A stretch of 24,000 nt of DNA from Exiguobacterium marinum DSM 16307 (GTDB lineage: Bacteria; Bacillota; Bacilli; Exiguobacteriales; Exiguobacteriaceae), in the NCBI RefSeq assembly GCF_000620845.1, contig NZ_KK211189.1, positions 2,053,878-2,077,877 on the forward strand, given 5' to 3'. The notes beneath the pieces are model-generated. The model had not been told where the DNA came from. It saw only the letters and a program-made list of their open reading frames with translations, and ran no database searches. The stretch's first letter is position 1, and each line of letters begins with the position of its first letter. The position numbers and the translations under genes are program-made. Shown in pieces: positions 1 to 9,427 of this stretch.

Positions 1-705
1 GCGTTCTACTTCTGATACTTGGGCGATGGCGTGTTCAATCACTTCTGTCGTCTCCTGCGATAGGAATAAGACGTCAAACGACAAATCGAATTGTTCTTGT
101 TCAATCTCTTCTGTCTCAGGGTACGTACGTACGACTTCACCCAACTCTTGGAGGCGATCAAATACCATATACGCCCGTGCCGCTTTCAACACAACAGCTT
201 CTGATAATTTGACAGTGATTTGATATGCTTCAAATCCAGATTGTTTCGCTTGATCGATGACCGAATTCGTATACAGATCGACTTCGAACGTATTTGTCTC
301 TGACGTTTGTTCGACTACAGCCTCTTTACCACCGATGAATGATTGGAATCCGGCGACCGTTTCAGAAACATCCACGTTCGCGCCCTTTCCTCCGCTTTCG
401 ATGTCTGCAATCATGTCCTCCATCTGTTCCATAGCGATGAACATCGTATCCAACAATAATTGGTTACTTTCTTTTTTACCGCCCCGCACGAGGTCGAGCG
501 CACTTTCCATCTCGTGTGTCAAATTTGCGACTCGTTCATATCCCATCGTCGAAGACATACCTTTCAAGGTATGTGCAGACCGGAAAATCTCTTGTACGAC
601 ATCTGCGCCGCCTGTTTGCTCCAATTTAAGTAATTGCGTGTTGATTGATTGGATATGTTCTTGGGACTCATCTAAAAACAACCCTAAGTATTCGTTCACG
701 TCCAT
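1..705 (-). CDS. cheA: Chemotaxis histidine kinase CheA, N-terminal part (P1/Hpt and P2 region); the 3' end lies beyond the window start
   Basis: Absent from the ORF track because there is no stop in the window. Manual minus-strand translation from ATG 705..703 (SD AGGGAGGT at 713-720) gives MDVNEYLGLFLDESQEHIQSINTQLLKLEQTGGADVVQEIFRSAHTLKGMSSTMGYERVANLTHEMESALD..., which carries the Hpt phospho-His motif HTLKG. The frame stays open for 235 codons down to position 1. Confidence 0.9.
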   Translation of the reverse strand, partial: MDVNEYLGLFLDESQEHIQSINTQLLKLEQTGGADVVQEIFRSAHTLKGMSSTMGYERVANLTHEMESALDLVRGGKKESNQLLLDTMFIAMEQMEDMIADIESGGKGANVDVSETVAGFQSFIGGKEAVVEQTSETNTFEVDLYTNSVIDQAKQSGFEAYQITVKLSEAVVLKAARAYMVFDRLQELGEVVRTYPETEEIEQEQFDLSFDVLFLSQETTEVIEHAIAQVSEVER

Positions 706-724
706 CTCTATTACCTCCCTGTCG

Positions 725-1564
725 TTATACTCGGTTCCACTGTTTCCTTAAATTCCCCATCAAACGATTCATCAAGTGACGTGGTTTCGGCGGCGTCCCC
801 GTAAGCGTTGTCAAAATTCGTTCGAGCCGCCAGCTAATATCACTTTTTCGATTGTATTGATAAAACGGGACTTGTGCGATGACTGCCTTTCTGACAGATG
901 CGTCATCTGGTAGAAAGCCGAGGAATCGAATCGTTTTATTTAAAAACTGTTTGCATGCGACTTCCATCCGTTCGAAACATTGAAGTGCTTCCTCACCAGA
1001 CTGAGCTCGGTTGACGATGACGCCTAGCGGTAAGTCAGGATACTGATGATGCACCAGTTTCGTATATGCATAACCATCCATTAACGAGGTAGGTTCAGGA
1101 GTCAAGATTAAAAACATCTCATCACACCCGGCAATAAATTGGAGCGAAGTGTCCGTCGCTCCAGCCCCCATATCGAAAAGGACGTAATCATATTCGGTCA
1201 GTACTTCGAGTTCTCGCATGAGAAATTGCATGTCATCATCTGAGAGATGGACGAGTTGGTCCTGCCCACTCCCTCCATGTAATATATCGACACCATACAC
1301 ATTTTTCTGAACAGCTGAAGCCAACGGAATACGAGCTTTGACAGACTCAATCATCGTTCTGGACTTCATTGCATTCATAAGAATATGAACGTTGGCCATA
1401 CCAATGTCAAAGTCGACAATCAACACCCGTTTCCCGAGCTCGGCTAAGGCGATCGCTGTGTTGACGCATACGTTCGTTTTTCCGACCCCGCCTTTTCCAC
1501 TCGCAAAGGCAATCGTCGTCGGATGGGCACCATTAATTGCTCTTAAACGCCTTGCTTGGTCCAT
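725..1564 (-). CDS. flhG: Flagellar number regulator FlhG (YlxH), a MinD/ParA-family ATPase
   Basis: Deviant Walker A SGKGGVGKT, a MinD-like core and a C-terminal amphipathic helix (LMNRLMGNLRKQW). It sits downstream of flhF. The ORF track starts at GTG 1573. I prefer ATG 1564 (MDQARRL...) because an SD-like GAAGGGTGG lies 5-8 nt upstream. It overlaps the flhF 3' end by 22 nt. Confidence 0.9.
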   Translation of the reverse strand: MDQARRLRAINGAHPTTIAFASGKGGVGKTNVCVNTAIALAELGKRVLIVDFDIGMANVHILMNAMKSRTMIESVKARIPLASAVQKNVYGVDILHGGSGQDQLVHLSDDDMQFLMRELEVLTEYDYVLFDMGAGATDTSLQFIAGCDEMFLILTPEPTSLMDGYAYTKLVHHQYPDLPLGVIVNRAQSGEEALQCFERMEVACKQFLNKTIRFLGFLPDDASVRKAVIAQVPFYQYNRKSDISWRLERILTTLTGTPPKPRHLMNRLMGNLRKQWNRV

Positions 1565-2601
1565 CTTGCCCACCCTTCTTTCTCGAACAGTCGTTTCGTC
1601 AATGCATCCGCATGTCCTCGAATCAAGTCATCTGGCACTTCTTGACCATCCGTCATCCATGCGACCGGCAGACCACTCTTTTTCACCATGCGGTACATCG
1701 CATGGATATCACTCGTTTCGTCCGCTTTCGTAAAGATGAGCGAGCTGAGGGGCAACGATTCAAACTGGGAATAGATCATGTCCATGTCTTTCATTTTTGA
1801 AGTCAAACTCAACACGAGTGAAAGACTCGTTTCTGTAAAGTCATGATGCTCATGAAATTGTTCCACATATGCAGGATCACGGAAATTTCGTCCCGCCGTG
1901 TCAATCAATACGATATCTTTACGGGCAAATAATTGCTTCGCCCGTTTAAAATCATGAAAGTCATACGCCACCTCGACCGGAATACTCATGATTTCAGCAT
2001 ACGTTTTCAACTGTTCAATCGCTGCGATTCGATACGTATCGGTCGTGATCAAGCCGACCGTCTTGCCTTCCTTCAACTTGAAGTGCGCTGCAAGTTTAGC
2101 AAGCGTTGTTGTCTTCCCAACCCCCGTCGGTCCAACGACCATTACATATCGTTTGGCATCCGGTGGTTCAATGAAGGACGATTTGACTTGTTCGTACACA
2201 TATCGTTCGACCTCTTCTATGGATTTTGTCGTATAGTACAACTCGTTCAGTGTCTCTTCCCATGATTCATCTTCAAATGACCCTGTCGAGAGTAACGATT
2301 CAACGTGTCGCAGTGAAGAGTGAAGCCTCGGTGCCGGTGCACCAACTACGCGAGGAGGTGGCGTTTGAGGTGTTACAGGTTTCGTTGATTCCGTCCGTAC
2401 CGGGACAGACTGCCGCGGCTGTATGGTCGTTTGTTCTTTTTCAAGCGCTGCAATGACTTCCACTTGCTTTGAGGCGAAGAGCCCGAACCATCCGGTCTTC
2501 ACTTGTCGTGAATTGAGGATGACCGCTTCATCACCGAGCTCTTGTTTTACTTTCGCCATCGCTTCTGCCATCGTCTTAGCCGTAAACTTTTTAATCTGCA
2601 T
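1543..2601 (-). CDS. flhF: Flagellar biosynthesis SRP-type GTPase FlhF
   Basis: N-terminal B-domain, a Pro-rich linker, then an NG domain with [10 protein letters not shown] (G1), DTYR, DTAGR (G3) and TKADE (G4). ATG at 2601, 1 nt after the flhA stop. Confidence 0.95.
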   Translation of the reverse strand: MQIKKFTAKTMAEAMAKVKQELGDEAVILNSRQVKTGWFGLFASKQVEVIAALEKEQTTIQPRQSVPVRTESTKPVTPQTPPPRVVGAPAPRLHSSLRHVESLLSTGSFEDESWEETLNELYYTTKSIEEVERYVYEQVKSSFIEPPDAKRYVMVVGPTGVGKTTTLAKLAAHFKLKEGKTVGLITTDTYRIAAIEQLKTYAEIMSIPVEVAYDFHDFKRAKQLFARKDIVLIDTAGRNFRDPAYVEQFHEHHDFTETSLSLVLSLTSKMKDMDMIYSQFESLPLSSLIFTKADETSDIHAMYRMVKKSGLPVAWMTDGQEVPDDLIRGHADALTKRLFEKEGWARWTKQGV

Positions 2602-2602
2602 C

Positions 2603-4627
2603 TTAAATCACCCCAATACTTTTCACTTCGACGGAACTGAGTAATTCGTTATATGCCAACACTGGAACATCGGGATAATACCGTTCGAGCAATTGTCGAA
2701 CGAATAGACGAATTGTCGGTGAACATAAAATCACAGCCGATGCCCCATACCGTTCAAACATGGACAGTTGCTCGCCCGTACGTTCGATAATTTCCCGAGC
2801 TTGCTCCGGGTCGAGGGCTAAATAGTTCCCAAACTCCGTTTTCTGAACCGCTTCTTGAACGGTTTGTTCTGTCTGACCGCCGAGCGTGACCACGTAAAGC
2901 GGCCCCTCAGGAGGCTTCACTTGATCGGTCAACTGACGTGACAAGCCTTGACGGCAATACTCTCCAAGAATCTCTGCATCTTTCGTCACTTTTCCGTAGT
3001 CTGCCATCGTCTCGAACAAAAGAGGCAAGTTTCGAATCGATACATTTTCCTGTAACAAGTGGCGTAACACCTTTTGAATCTCGCCGATTGAGAGAACCGA
3101 TGGCGTGACATCTTCTACTAGAACCGGATGAGTTTCCTTCAAATGTTCGACGAGTTGCTTCGTTTCTTCTCGTCCGAGTAAGTCAGCGGCATGTTTCTTC
3201 AGCGTCTCTGTTAAATGTGTCGCGACAACGGATGGGGGGTCGACAACGGTATACCCGCTCATCTCTGCCCTCGTCCGAGTCTCCTCATCAATCCAAAGAG
3301 CAGGAAGCCCGAATGCCGGTTCTGTCGTTTCAATCCCATATACTTCAGGGTCTTCAATCCCCGGACTCATCGCCAAGTAATGGTCAAGCAGCAATTCACC
3401 TTCCGCGACGACATTCCCTTTCACTTTAATTCGGTAGGCGTTCGGTGAAAGTTGCAAGTGGTCACGAATCCGGACAGTCGGTAAGATAAACCCGAGTTCG
3501 AGTGCGAGTTGACGACGAATCATGACGACCCGATCTAACAGGTCACCACCTTGCGACTCGTCCGCAAGCGGAATCAAGCCATATCCGAATTCAAATTCAA
3601 TCGAGTCAATTTGCAACAACGAGACAACCGACTCAGTCGGTGCTGTTGAAGGTTCTTCCTCGATCATCGGTTCTTCCGTTGCCTGACGGATGTTACGTCG
3701 CATCGTATAGGCACCGAAGAACGCGGTACCAGCGATAATCATCGTTACCGGAAGAAGTGGTGGTGACACGAATCCAAGCATGAAGACGATCGAGCCTGCG
3801 ATATAGAGCAGCGCCGGGTTTTGCCCGAGCTGGTCAATCACATCTTCTCCTAAGTTCCCGTCCGAGACGGCACGGGTCACGATAATCCCAGTCGCTGTTG
3901 AAATTAAGAGAGCCGGGATTTGACTGACTAGCCCGTCCCCAATCGTCATGAGTGAGAACGTTTGAAACGCTTGTCCAACCGGTAAACCCATTTGAGCGAC
4001 ACCGATGATAATTCCAAAAATCAAGTTGATTGTTACAATAATAATCCCAGCGATGGCATCCCCTTTAACGAACTTCGAGGCACCATCCATCGACCCATAA
4101 AAGTCGGCTTCACTTTGAATTTTACGGCGACGAATCTGAGCCTCTTTGTCATCAATCAACCCAGAGTTCAAGTCGGCATCAATGGCCATCTGTTTCCCTG
4201 GCATCGCATCGAGCGTAAAACGTGCAGATACTTCAGACACACGTTCCGCACCCTTCGTGATGACGACGAATTGAATGATGACGAGAATCAGGAAGACGAC
4301 GAACCCGACAAGGACGTTCCCGCCGATTACAAAGTCACCGAATGTCGCGATGACTTCCCCACCGTACCCGTTCGAAAGAATCGAACGAGTCGTCGATACG
4401 TTCAACCCGAGACGAAACAACGTCACAATCAATAAGAGAGAAGGGAATACGGAGAAGTCGAGTGCTTCTCTGGCATTCATCGCTACAAGTAAAATCATGA
4501 TCGCGATTAATATATTTACGATGATTAAAAAATCTAATAAAAAGCCCGGTAACGGGATGATTAGCATAATGACAATCATCAAGACGCCAATCAAAATTGC
4601 AAAGTCTTTCGCTTTTACTGCCAACAC
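2603..4627 (-). CDS. flhA: Flagellar type III export apparatus protein FlhA
   Basis: 674 aa. The N-terminal polytopic membrane domain carries the FHIPEP-type motif (LGLNVSTTRSIL; KFVKGDAIAGIII), followed by a large cytoplasmic domain. GTG start at 4627 preceded by GAGGAGGAG. Confidence 0.96.
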   Translation of the reverse strand: MLAVKAKDFAILIGVLMIVIMLIIPLPGFLLDFLIIVNILIAIMILLVAMNAREALDFSVFPSLLLIVTLFRLGLNVSTTRSILSNGYGGEVIATFGDFVIGGNVLVGFVVFLILVIIQFVVITKGAERVSEVSARFTLDAMPGKQMAIDADLNSGLIDDKEAQIRRRKIQSEADFYGSMDGASKFVKGDAIAGIIIVTINLIFGIIIGVAQMGLPVGQAFQTFSLMTIGDGLVSQIPALLISTATGIIVTRAVSDGNLGEDVIDQLGQNPALLYIAGSIVFMLGFVSPPLLPVTMIIAGTAFFGAYTMRRNIRQATEEPMIEEEPSTAPTESVVSLLQIDSIEFEFGYGLIPLADESQGGDLLDRVVMIRRQLALELGFILPTVRIRDHLQLSPNAYRIKVKGNVVAEGELLLDHYLAMSPGIEDPEVYGIETTEPAFGLPALWIDEETRTRAEMSGYTVVDPPSVVATHLTETLKKHAADLLGREETKQLVEHLKETHPVLVEDVTPSVLSIGEIQKVLRHLLQENVSIRNLPLLFETMADYGKVTKDAEILGEYCRQGLSRQLTDQVKPPEGPLYVVTLGGQTEQTVQEAVQKTEFGNYLALDPEQAREIIERTGEQLSMFERYGASAVILCSPTIRLFVRQLLERYYPDVPVLAYNELLSSVEVKSIGVI

Positions 4628-4637
4628 ATACTCCTCC

Positions 4638-5732
4638 TCAAGACGGTTGCTTCATTTGGTAGACGAATGCGAGAACTTCCGCAATCGCTTGATAAAACGA
4701 CTCATCTACCACCTCACCGATGTCGATTTGCGCATAGAGTGCTCGTGCGAGCGGCTTATTCTCTACAATCGCCACGTCATGTTCTTTTGCTACATCTCGA
4801 ATATGAAAGGCGACTCGGTCGACACCTTTTGCGACAACGAGTGGTGCAAAGTCTTTCGTATCGTCATATCGAATGACGACCGCGTAATGGGTCGGGTTCG
4901 TGATGACGACGTCTGCATTTGGAATTTCTTGCATCATACGTCGCATCGCCATTTCTCGTTGCTGCTGTTTGATCTTTGATTTAATGAGTGGATCACCTTC
5001 GGAATTTTTGTACTCATCTTTAATATCTTGCTTTGACATTCGAATCGATTTTTCGAAATCAAAACGTTGATAGAAAAAGTCAAGTAACGCAAGTGCGAGT
5101 AAAGCGACACTCACCCAAAGTCCAAGCTGAATCGTAATACTCGCGAGTGCGATAATCGATTCTCGAATCTGTTCGACGGCCATGCGAGACAATTCTTTTT
5201 GATTTTGCCAAAGGACAGCAACTGCGGTTGTCAGGATGATTAAAAATTTGAATAAGGACTTTAAAAATTCGACGACCGCTTTCATACTGACGATGCGTTT
5301 CACCCCTTTAATCGGGTCAATCCGCTCGAGCTTCGGCTGAATAGCCTCTAACGAAAATAGCGCTCCAATTTGGAGGTAGTTGATCAAAATCCCAAACACG
5401 ACGGCAACGATAAAGAATGGTGCTAAAATCAATCCAACGCGCAGCATCAAATCGACCACCATATCCGACATGCCTCCAGTCACATTGAACAATAAATATT
5501 CCGGACTGAGTAAATCTCCAATCAACGAAAGTAATTGTTGACCGATAAATGGCCCAAAAAACGATAACATGAGGAACATTACAAAGAGCGCAAACGCTCC
5601 AGTCAAATCCGCAGACTTAGCGACTTGCCCTTTCTTCCGAGAATCCTCTCGTTTACGCGGTGTCGCTTTTTCTGTTTTTTCACCTGCAAAAAACTGTAGA
5701 TTGACCGATAAAGGGTATAGAGGCTTCTTCAT
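4638..5732 (-). CDS. flhB: Flagellar export switch protein FlhB
   Basis: 364 aa with four N-terminal TM segments and the conserved NPTH autocleavage site (VVITNPTHYAVV). Its ATG overlaps the fliR stop (ATGA). Confidence 0.96.
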   Translation of the reverse strand: MKKPLYPLSVNLQFFAGEKTEKATPRKREDSRKKGQVAKSADLTGAFALFVMFLMLSFFGPFIGQQLLSLIGDLLSPEYLLFNVTGGMSDMVVDLMLRVGLILAPFFIVAVVFGILINYLQIGALFSLEAIQPKLERIDPIKGVKRIVSMKAVVEFLKSLFKFLIILTTAVAVLWQNQKELSRMAVEQIRESIIALASITIQLGLWVSVALLALALLDFFYQRFDFEKSIRMSKQDIKDEYKNSEGDPLIKSKIKQQQREMAMRRMMQEIPNADVVITNPTHYAVVIRYDDTKDFAPLVVAKGVDRVAFHIRDVAKEHDVAIVENKPLARALYAQIDIGEVVDESFYQAIAEVLAFVYQMKQPS

Positions 5733-6499
5733 GACGCGTCTCCTAGTATAAGCATAAAATCGTGCATCACTTCTTGAAGCAGCGGAATGAACTGGCTAAT
5801 TGATGTCAGTGTCAGCCCTAACAACAAGACCATGACGGAGAACCCGGCAATGAGTTTGAATGAAAAACCAATAGCAAAGATATTGAACTGCGGTGCCGAC
5901 TTCGCCAAAAAACCAAGTGCTAAATCAACAAGTAATAAAGACGCCATCATCGGTAACGCTAACTGTAATGCGACCATCATCGTCATCGTGACGACTTTTA
6001 CGGCCATCATGAGCGAGGCTTCGGTAAAGTTGATCATCGGTTGACCGGGTGGGTAGATTTGAAAACTATAGTAAATACCATCAATCAGCAGAAGATGCAA
6101 GTTACTCGTCAATAAAATGAATAGCGTAAAAATATAATAAAATCGTCCGATCAATGGCGATTGCCCTCCAAACATCGGATCATACGCGGAAGCCATTGCC
6201 AAACCGAGTTGTAAATCGATCACCCCACCGGCAATTTGCGGAGCAAAGAAGAGAATATTAATCAATAATCCGAGCAATAGTCCGATTACGACCTCATATA
6301 CCACTTGCAACACAAACCCATTGGTCATTTGTATCGGCTCGGTCAATGTGAACATCGCGTAATACGCTAAAAACGCACTGAACCCCACGCGATGCATGAC
6401 CGGTAACTGCTTCGTCGAGAACAACGGGACACTGACAAAAAAGCCAGACAGTCGCGCGAACGTTAACCCATACATACTGATGAAATCGACTGCATTCAT
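5729..6499 (-). CDS. fliR: Flagellar export gate protein FliR
   Basis: 256-aa polytopic membrane protein located between fliQ and flhB. ATGA overlap with fliQ. Confidence 0.93.
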   Translation of the reverse strand: MNAVDFISMYGLTFARLSGFFVSVPLFSTKQLPVMHRVGFSAFLAYYAMFTLTEPIQMTNGFVLQVVYEVVIGLLLGLLINILFFAPQIAGGVIDLQLGLAMASAYDPMFGGQSPLIGRFYYIFTLFILLTSNLHLLLIDGIYYSFQIYPPGQPMINFTEASLMMAVKVVTMTMMVALQLALPMMASLLLVDLALGFLAKSAPQFNIFAIGFSFKLIAGFSVMVLLLGLTLTSISQFIPLLQEVMHDFMLILGDAS

Positions 6500-6768
6500 T
6501 TCGACGCAACCTCAACCATTAGCTCGAAGATCAATCGGGTGAACCCTTCAATCTGTTGAAGCATCCATGGTCCGAATATAACCAGTCCAATAAAGACTGA
6601 GATGATTTTTGGGACGAACGATAATGTCTGTTCTTGAATTTGAGTCGTGGCCTGTAAAATCGAGATCACGAGACCGACAATCAGTGAGATGAGTAAAAGT
6701 GGCATTGCAATTTTTAATAATGTCCACACACTCTCTGTTGCCAAATAGATGACCATTTCTTGTGTCAT
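6496..6768 (-). CDS. fliQ: Flagellar export gate protein FliQ
   Basis: 90-aa protein with two TM helices (WTLLKIAMPLLLISLIVGLVISILQATTQIQEQTLSFVPKI), a typical FliQ/HrcS/SpaQ pattern. Confidence 0.93.
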   Translation of the reverse strand: MTQEMVIYLATESVWTLLKIAMPLLLISLIVGLVISILQATTQIQEQTLSFVPKIISVFIGLVIFGPWMLQQIEGFTRLIFELMVEVASK

Positions 6769-6779
6769 GTCCGTTCCCC

Positions 6780-7445
6780 CTACATACTTCTAAGCAATGA
6801 TTCCACAATCAAGTGCCAACCATCGACCAATACAAACAGTAATAATTTAAACGGTAGTGCGATCATAACCGGTGGAAGCATCATCATCCCCATCGACATG
6901 AGGACACTTGCGACGACCATATCAATGATTAAAAACGGTAAGAAGATCATGAAGCCGATTTGGAATGCGGTCTTCAACTCACTGATCGCGTAAGCAGGTA
7001 CCAAAGCGAGAAGCGGTACATCATCAAGTGTTTCAGGCTGGTCGTAATTCCCATACTTCAAAAACAATTGCAAATCCTCTTGTCTCGTATATTTCGACAT
7101 GAATGCCTTCATCGTCCCACTCGCCTCATCGAACGCCTCATCTTGTGAGATCTTGTCATCGAGGTAAGGCTTCAAAGCGTTCTCGTTTAAGTCAGAGAGA
7201 ACCGGCGACATGACGAACAGTGTGATAAACAATGCCAATCCGACAATCAATTGGTTTGGCGGGGTTTGCTGTGTACCGAGCGCTGGTCGAATGAATGACA
7301 GGACGACCACGACCCGGGTGAAACAGGTCATCAAGATTAAAAAGGATGGTGCAAGCGTCAGTAACGTCAACAAAATCAATAACTTGATGGATGTCGAGGT
7401 ACTGTCCGGTGTTTCTAAATTGATTAATTGCTCAAACGTTGTCAT
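6780..7445 (-). CDS. fliP: Flagellar export gate protein FliP
   Basis: 221 aa with FliP signature stretches (ALGTQQTPPNQ; FLPFLIIDMVVASVLMSMGMMMLPP). ATGA overlap with the upstream fliO/fliZ. Confidence 0.96.
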   Translation of the reverse strand: MTTFEQLINLETPDSTSTSIKLLILLTLLTLAPSFLILMTCFTRVVVVLSFIRPALGTQQTPPNQLIVGLALFITLFVMSPVLSDLNENALKPYLDDKISQDEAFDEASGTMKAFMSKYTRQEDLQLFLKYGNYDQPETLDDVPLLALVPAYAISELKTAFQIGFMIFLPFLIIDMVVASVLMSMGMMMLPPVMIALPFKLLLFVLVDGWHLIVESLLRSM

Positions 7446-7936
7446 GATTTCTTCCTCACTTCTTCTAGCTGAGCAAGTTGTTTCTTAAAGGTGTCTAAAA
7501 ATGCATTCGAATTTGACGTTCGGAGTGACAAAGATTCTGTTTGCTCGTCATCCACCGCTTCCGCATCGAGTCGATCGATCAGTTGAATCGAGTCACCTAC
7601 ACCAAGGACGTACACTTGGTCCCCGAGCTTCACGAGCTGGACAGAGCGATCTTTTCCGAGAGGGACACCTCCGAGATGTTTCATATGTTGAGTCGCTTTC
7701 ACGCCTTGTGTTTTTGAACTGAGCCAACGCATCAAGACGATGAAACCGCCGACCACGACAACGAGACTTAACACGACTTTCACGCCATTGCCAATCGTTG
7801 ACGCTGTCGTTGGAACTTTACTTTCCACTTCATCTGTCTGTTGTTGCTCGAATTGTTGGTCTACGGTGGCGGCCTCAACCGTGGCCGGAACAAAGAGCCC
7901 GACCACGAGAAGAATAATCAACCACCATTGCTTCAT
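7442..7936 (-). CDS. fliO: FliO-family flagellar export protein (called FliZ in B. subtilis)
   Basis: 164 aa. It has a signal-peptide-like N-terminus (MKQWWLIILLVVGLFVPATVEA/AT), one further TM helix (VVLSLVVVVGGFIVLMRWL) and a FliO-like cytoplasmic segment (LGGVPLGKDRSVQLVKLGDQVYVLGVG). It sits between cheY and fliP, as B. subtilis fliZ does. Confidence 0.8.
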   Translation of the reverse strand: MKQWWLIILLVVGLFVPATVEAATVDQQFEQQQTDEVESKVPTTASTIGNGVKVVLSLVVVVGGFIVLMRWLSSKTQGVKATQHMKHLGGVPLGKDRSVQLVKLGDQVYVLGVGDSIQLIDRLDAEAVDDEQTESLSLRTSNSNAFLDTFKKQLAQLEEVRKKS

Positions 7937-8298
7937 TGTGCGACCGTTTTAGAAACTGCTTCGATGACGCGTTCTGCGTTGAACGGCTTGACGATGAAAT
8001 CTTTCGCACCGGCTTGAATCGCATCAATGACCATCGCTTGTTGCCCCATCGCCGAACACATAATAATTTTAGCGTTTGAGTCAAAACTGCGAATTTCTTT
8101 CAAGGCTGCCAAACCGTCCATCTCAGGCATCGTAATATCGAGTGTGACGAGATCCGGTGTGAGTTCACGGTATTTCGCAATTGCGTCCGCTCCGTTCTCC
8201 GCCTCACCTACTACGTCATATCCGTTCTTTGTCAAAATATCTTTGATCATCATGCGCATGAACGCTGCGTCATCCACTACTAATACTTTTGCACTCAT
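7933..8298 (-). CDS. cheY: Chemotaxis response regulator CheY
   Basis: Receiver domain with VLVVDDAAFMR, phospho-acceptor context LVTLDITMPEMDG, and CSAMG and KPF motifs. The ORF track starts at 8334, but ATG 8298 (MSAKVLVVDD) follows a perfect SD AAGGAGGAAATTAGA-ATG and gives 121 aa. Confidence 0.95.
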   Translation of the reverse strand: MSAKVLVVDDAAFMRMMIKDILTKNGYDVVGEAENGADAIAKYRELTPDLVTLDITMPEMDGLAALKEIRSFDSNAKIIMCSAMGQQAMVIDAIQAGAKDFIVKPFNAERVIEAVSKTVAQ

Positions 8299-8311
8299 TC
8301 TAATTTCCTCC

Positions 8312-9427
8312 TTAGACGATTCCGATCCGCTCATGCGGTTGAATAATTTCTGTTACACGTACCCCAAAGTTTTCTTCAATGACCACAACTTCTCCTCTAG
8401 CGATTCGTTGTTGATTGACATAAATATCGACCGGTTCACCTGCTAGCTTGTCGAGTTCGATGATGGAGCCTTGCGATAACTCAAGCACTTCCCGAACCGA
8501 TTTTTTCGTTCTTCCTAACTCTACTGTCACGTTCAACGGAACGTCATACAATAGACCAAGGTTCGCCGGGGCTGCATCTTGTGAGGCCGATGATTGGAGC
8601 GGCATAAATTCTGCCTGACTCACTGCCACTTCAGGCATGGGCTTTTGCTTATCCGGTTGCGGGGCAACAGATTGTGATTGTGCTTGCGGTTGCGGTTTTG
8701 GTGCTTCCACTTTCGGTTGCTCTTTTACCGATTGTTTTACTTCCCCGGTTGCTTTCATCAACTCATCGACCAATTGCTTTCCAAACTGAATTGGTGCAAT
8801 CTGGACGATTTTAGAGTCAATCAATGTGCCCACTTTGAGATTGAATTCAATGAGTACCATTGTTTCCCAAAGTTCAAGCCGATCGATAATGGTCTGATTC
8901 TTCGTTGCATCAAATACTTCAACAAGTGGTGGGGAAATGTCGATTTTTTTCGAAAATACCGTCGACAGTGACGTTGCTGCCGCACCCATCATCTGGTTCA
9001 TCGCTTCTTGAACAGCCGATAAACGAATCTCATCGAGACTATCAGGATCTACATTCTCACCCGTTCCACCTAGCATAAGATCAGAAATGATGGCCGCATC
9101 TTCGCGAGTCAACACGAGGACGTTCTCCCCTTTAATTCCTTCTGTGTAACCAACACGTAAGGCCACGTGAGGAGTTGGGTAACGCTCACGCAAGGCATCA
9201 ATTGTCACTTCACTGACAATCGGTGTCGTGATTTCAACTTTTTGTTGTAGTAGTGTCGACAAGGCCGTTGCCGAGTTGCCGAACGAAATGTTACCAATTT
9301 CCCCAAGTGCGTCGCTCTCCATCGAATCTAAATGTTCTTCTTTCACTTCGACTTCCGGCGTCGGCGTATTGTCGCTTGTTCCACGTAATAACGCGTCAAT
9401 TTCATCTTGTGACAGCATCTCACTCAT
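8312..9427 (-). CDS. fliY: Flagellar C-ring switch protein and CheY-P phosphatase FliY (CheC-like domains plus FliN domain)
   Basis: 371 aa. It has the N-terminal CheY-P-binding peptide LSQDEIDALL, CheC-like repeats (ESDALGEIGNISFGNSATALS; RLSAVQEAMNQMMGAAATSLS), a Q/P-rich linker and a C-terminal FliN/SpoA domain (LNVTVELGRTKKSVREVLEL...GEVVVIEENFGVRVTEI). Confidence 0.95.
   Translation of the reverse strand: MSEMLSQDEIDALLRGTSDNTPTPEVEVKEEHLDSMESDALGEIGNISFGNSATALSTLLQQKVEITTPIVSEVTIDALRERYPTPHVALRVGYTEGIKGENVLVLTREDAAIISDLMLGGTGENVDPDSLDEIRLSAVQEAMNQMMGAAATSLSTVFSKKIDISPPLVEVFDATKNQTIIDRLELWETMVLIEFNLKVGTLIDSKIVQIAPIQFGKQLVDELMKATGEVKQSVKEQPKVEAPKPQPQAQSQSVAPQPDKQKPMPEVAVSQAEFMPLQSSASQDAAPANLGLLYDVPLNVTVELGRTKKSVREVLELSQGSIIELDKLAGEPVDIYVNQQRIARGEVVVIEENFGVRVTEIIQPHERIGIV

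Noticed and set aside
257-751. 164-aa plus-strand ORF at the left end of the window
   Set aside because: It lies entirely antisense to the clearly recognisable cheA N-terminus (HTLKG Hpt motif, good SD). Its composition is Cys/Ser-rich and low-complexity, and it has no SD. It is a shadow ORF.
4275-4979. 234-aa plus-strand ORF spanning the flhA/flhB junction
   Set aside because: It is antisense to two strongly conserved export-apparatus genes and crosses their boundary. The translated sequence has no domain-like character. The same applies to the other plus-strand ORFs at 3992-4435, 8027-8446, 17398-18027, 18952-19359 and 21377-21835.
8299-8334. N-terminal extensions implied by the longest-ORF track for cheY, flgD (to 12506), fliL (10884), fliH (16541), flhG (1573), ylxF (14086) and flgB (20275)
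   Set aside because: The track uses the most upstream ATG/GTG/TTG. In each case a downstream start has a properly spaced SD and yields an N-terminus matching the family (for example MSAKVLVVDD for CheY). The extensions lie inside the preceding gene.
8650-8710. Short tandem-looking DNA (GCGGTTGCGGTT, TGTGATTGTG) in fliY
   Set aside because: It encodes the Q/P-rich interdomain linker of FliY (PKPQPQAQSQSVAPQP). This is low-complexity coding sequence, not a CRISPR array or structured repeat.
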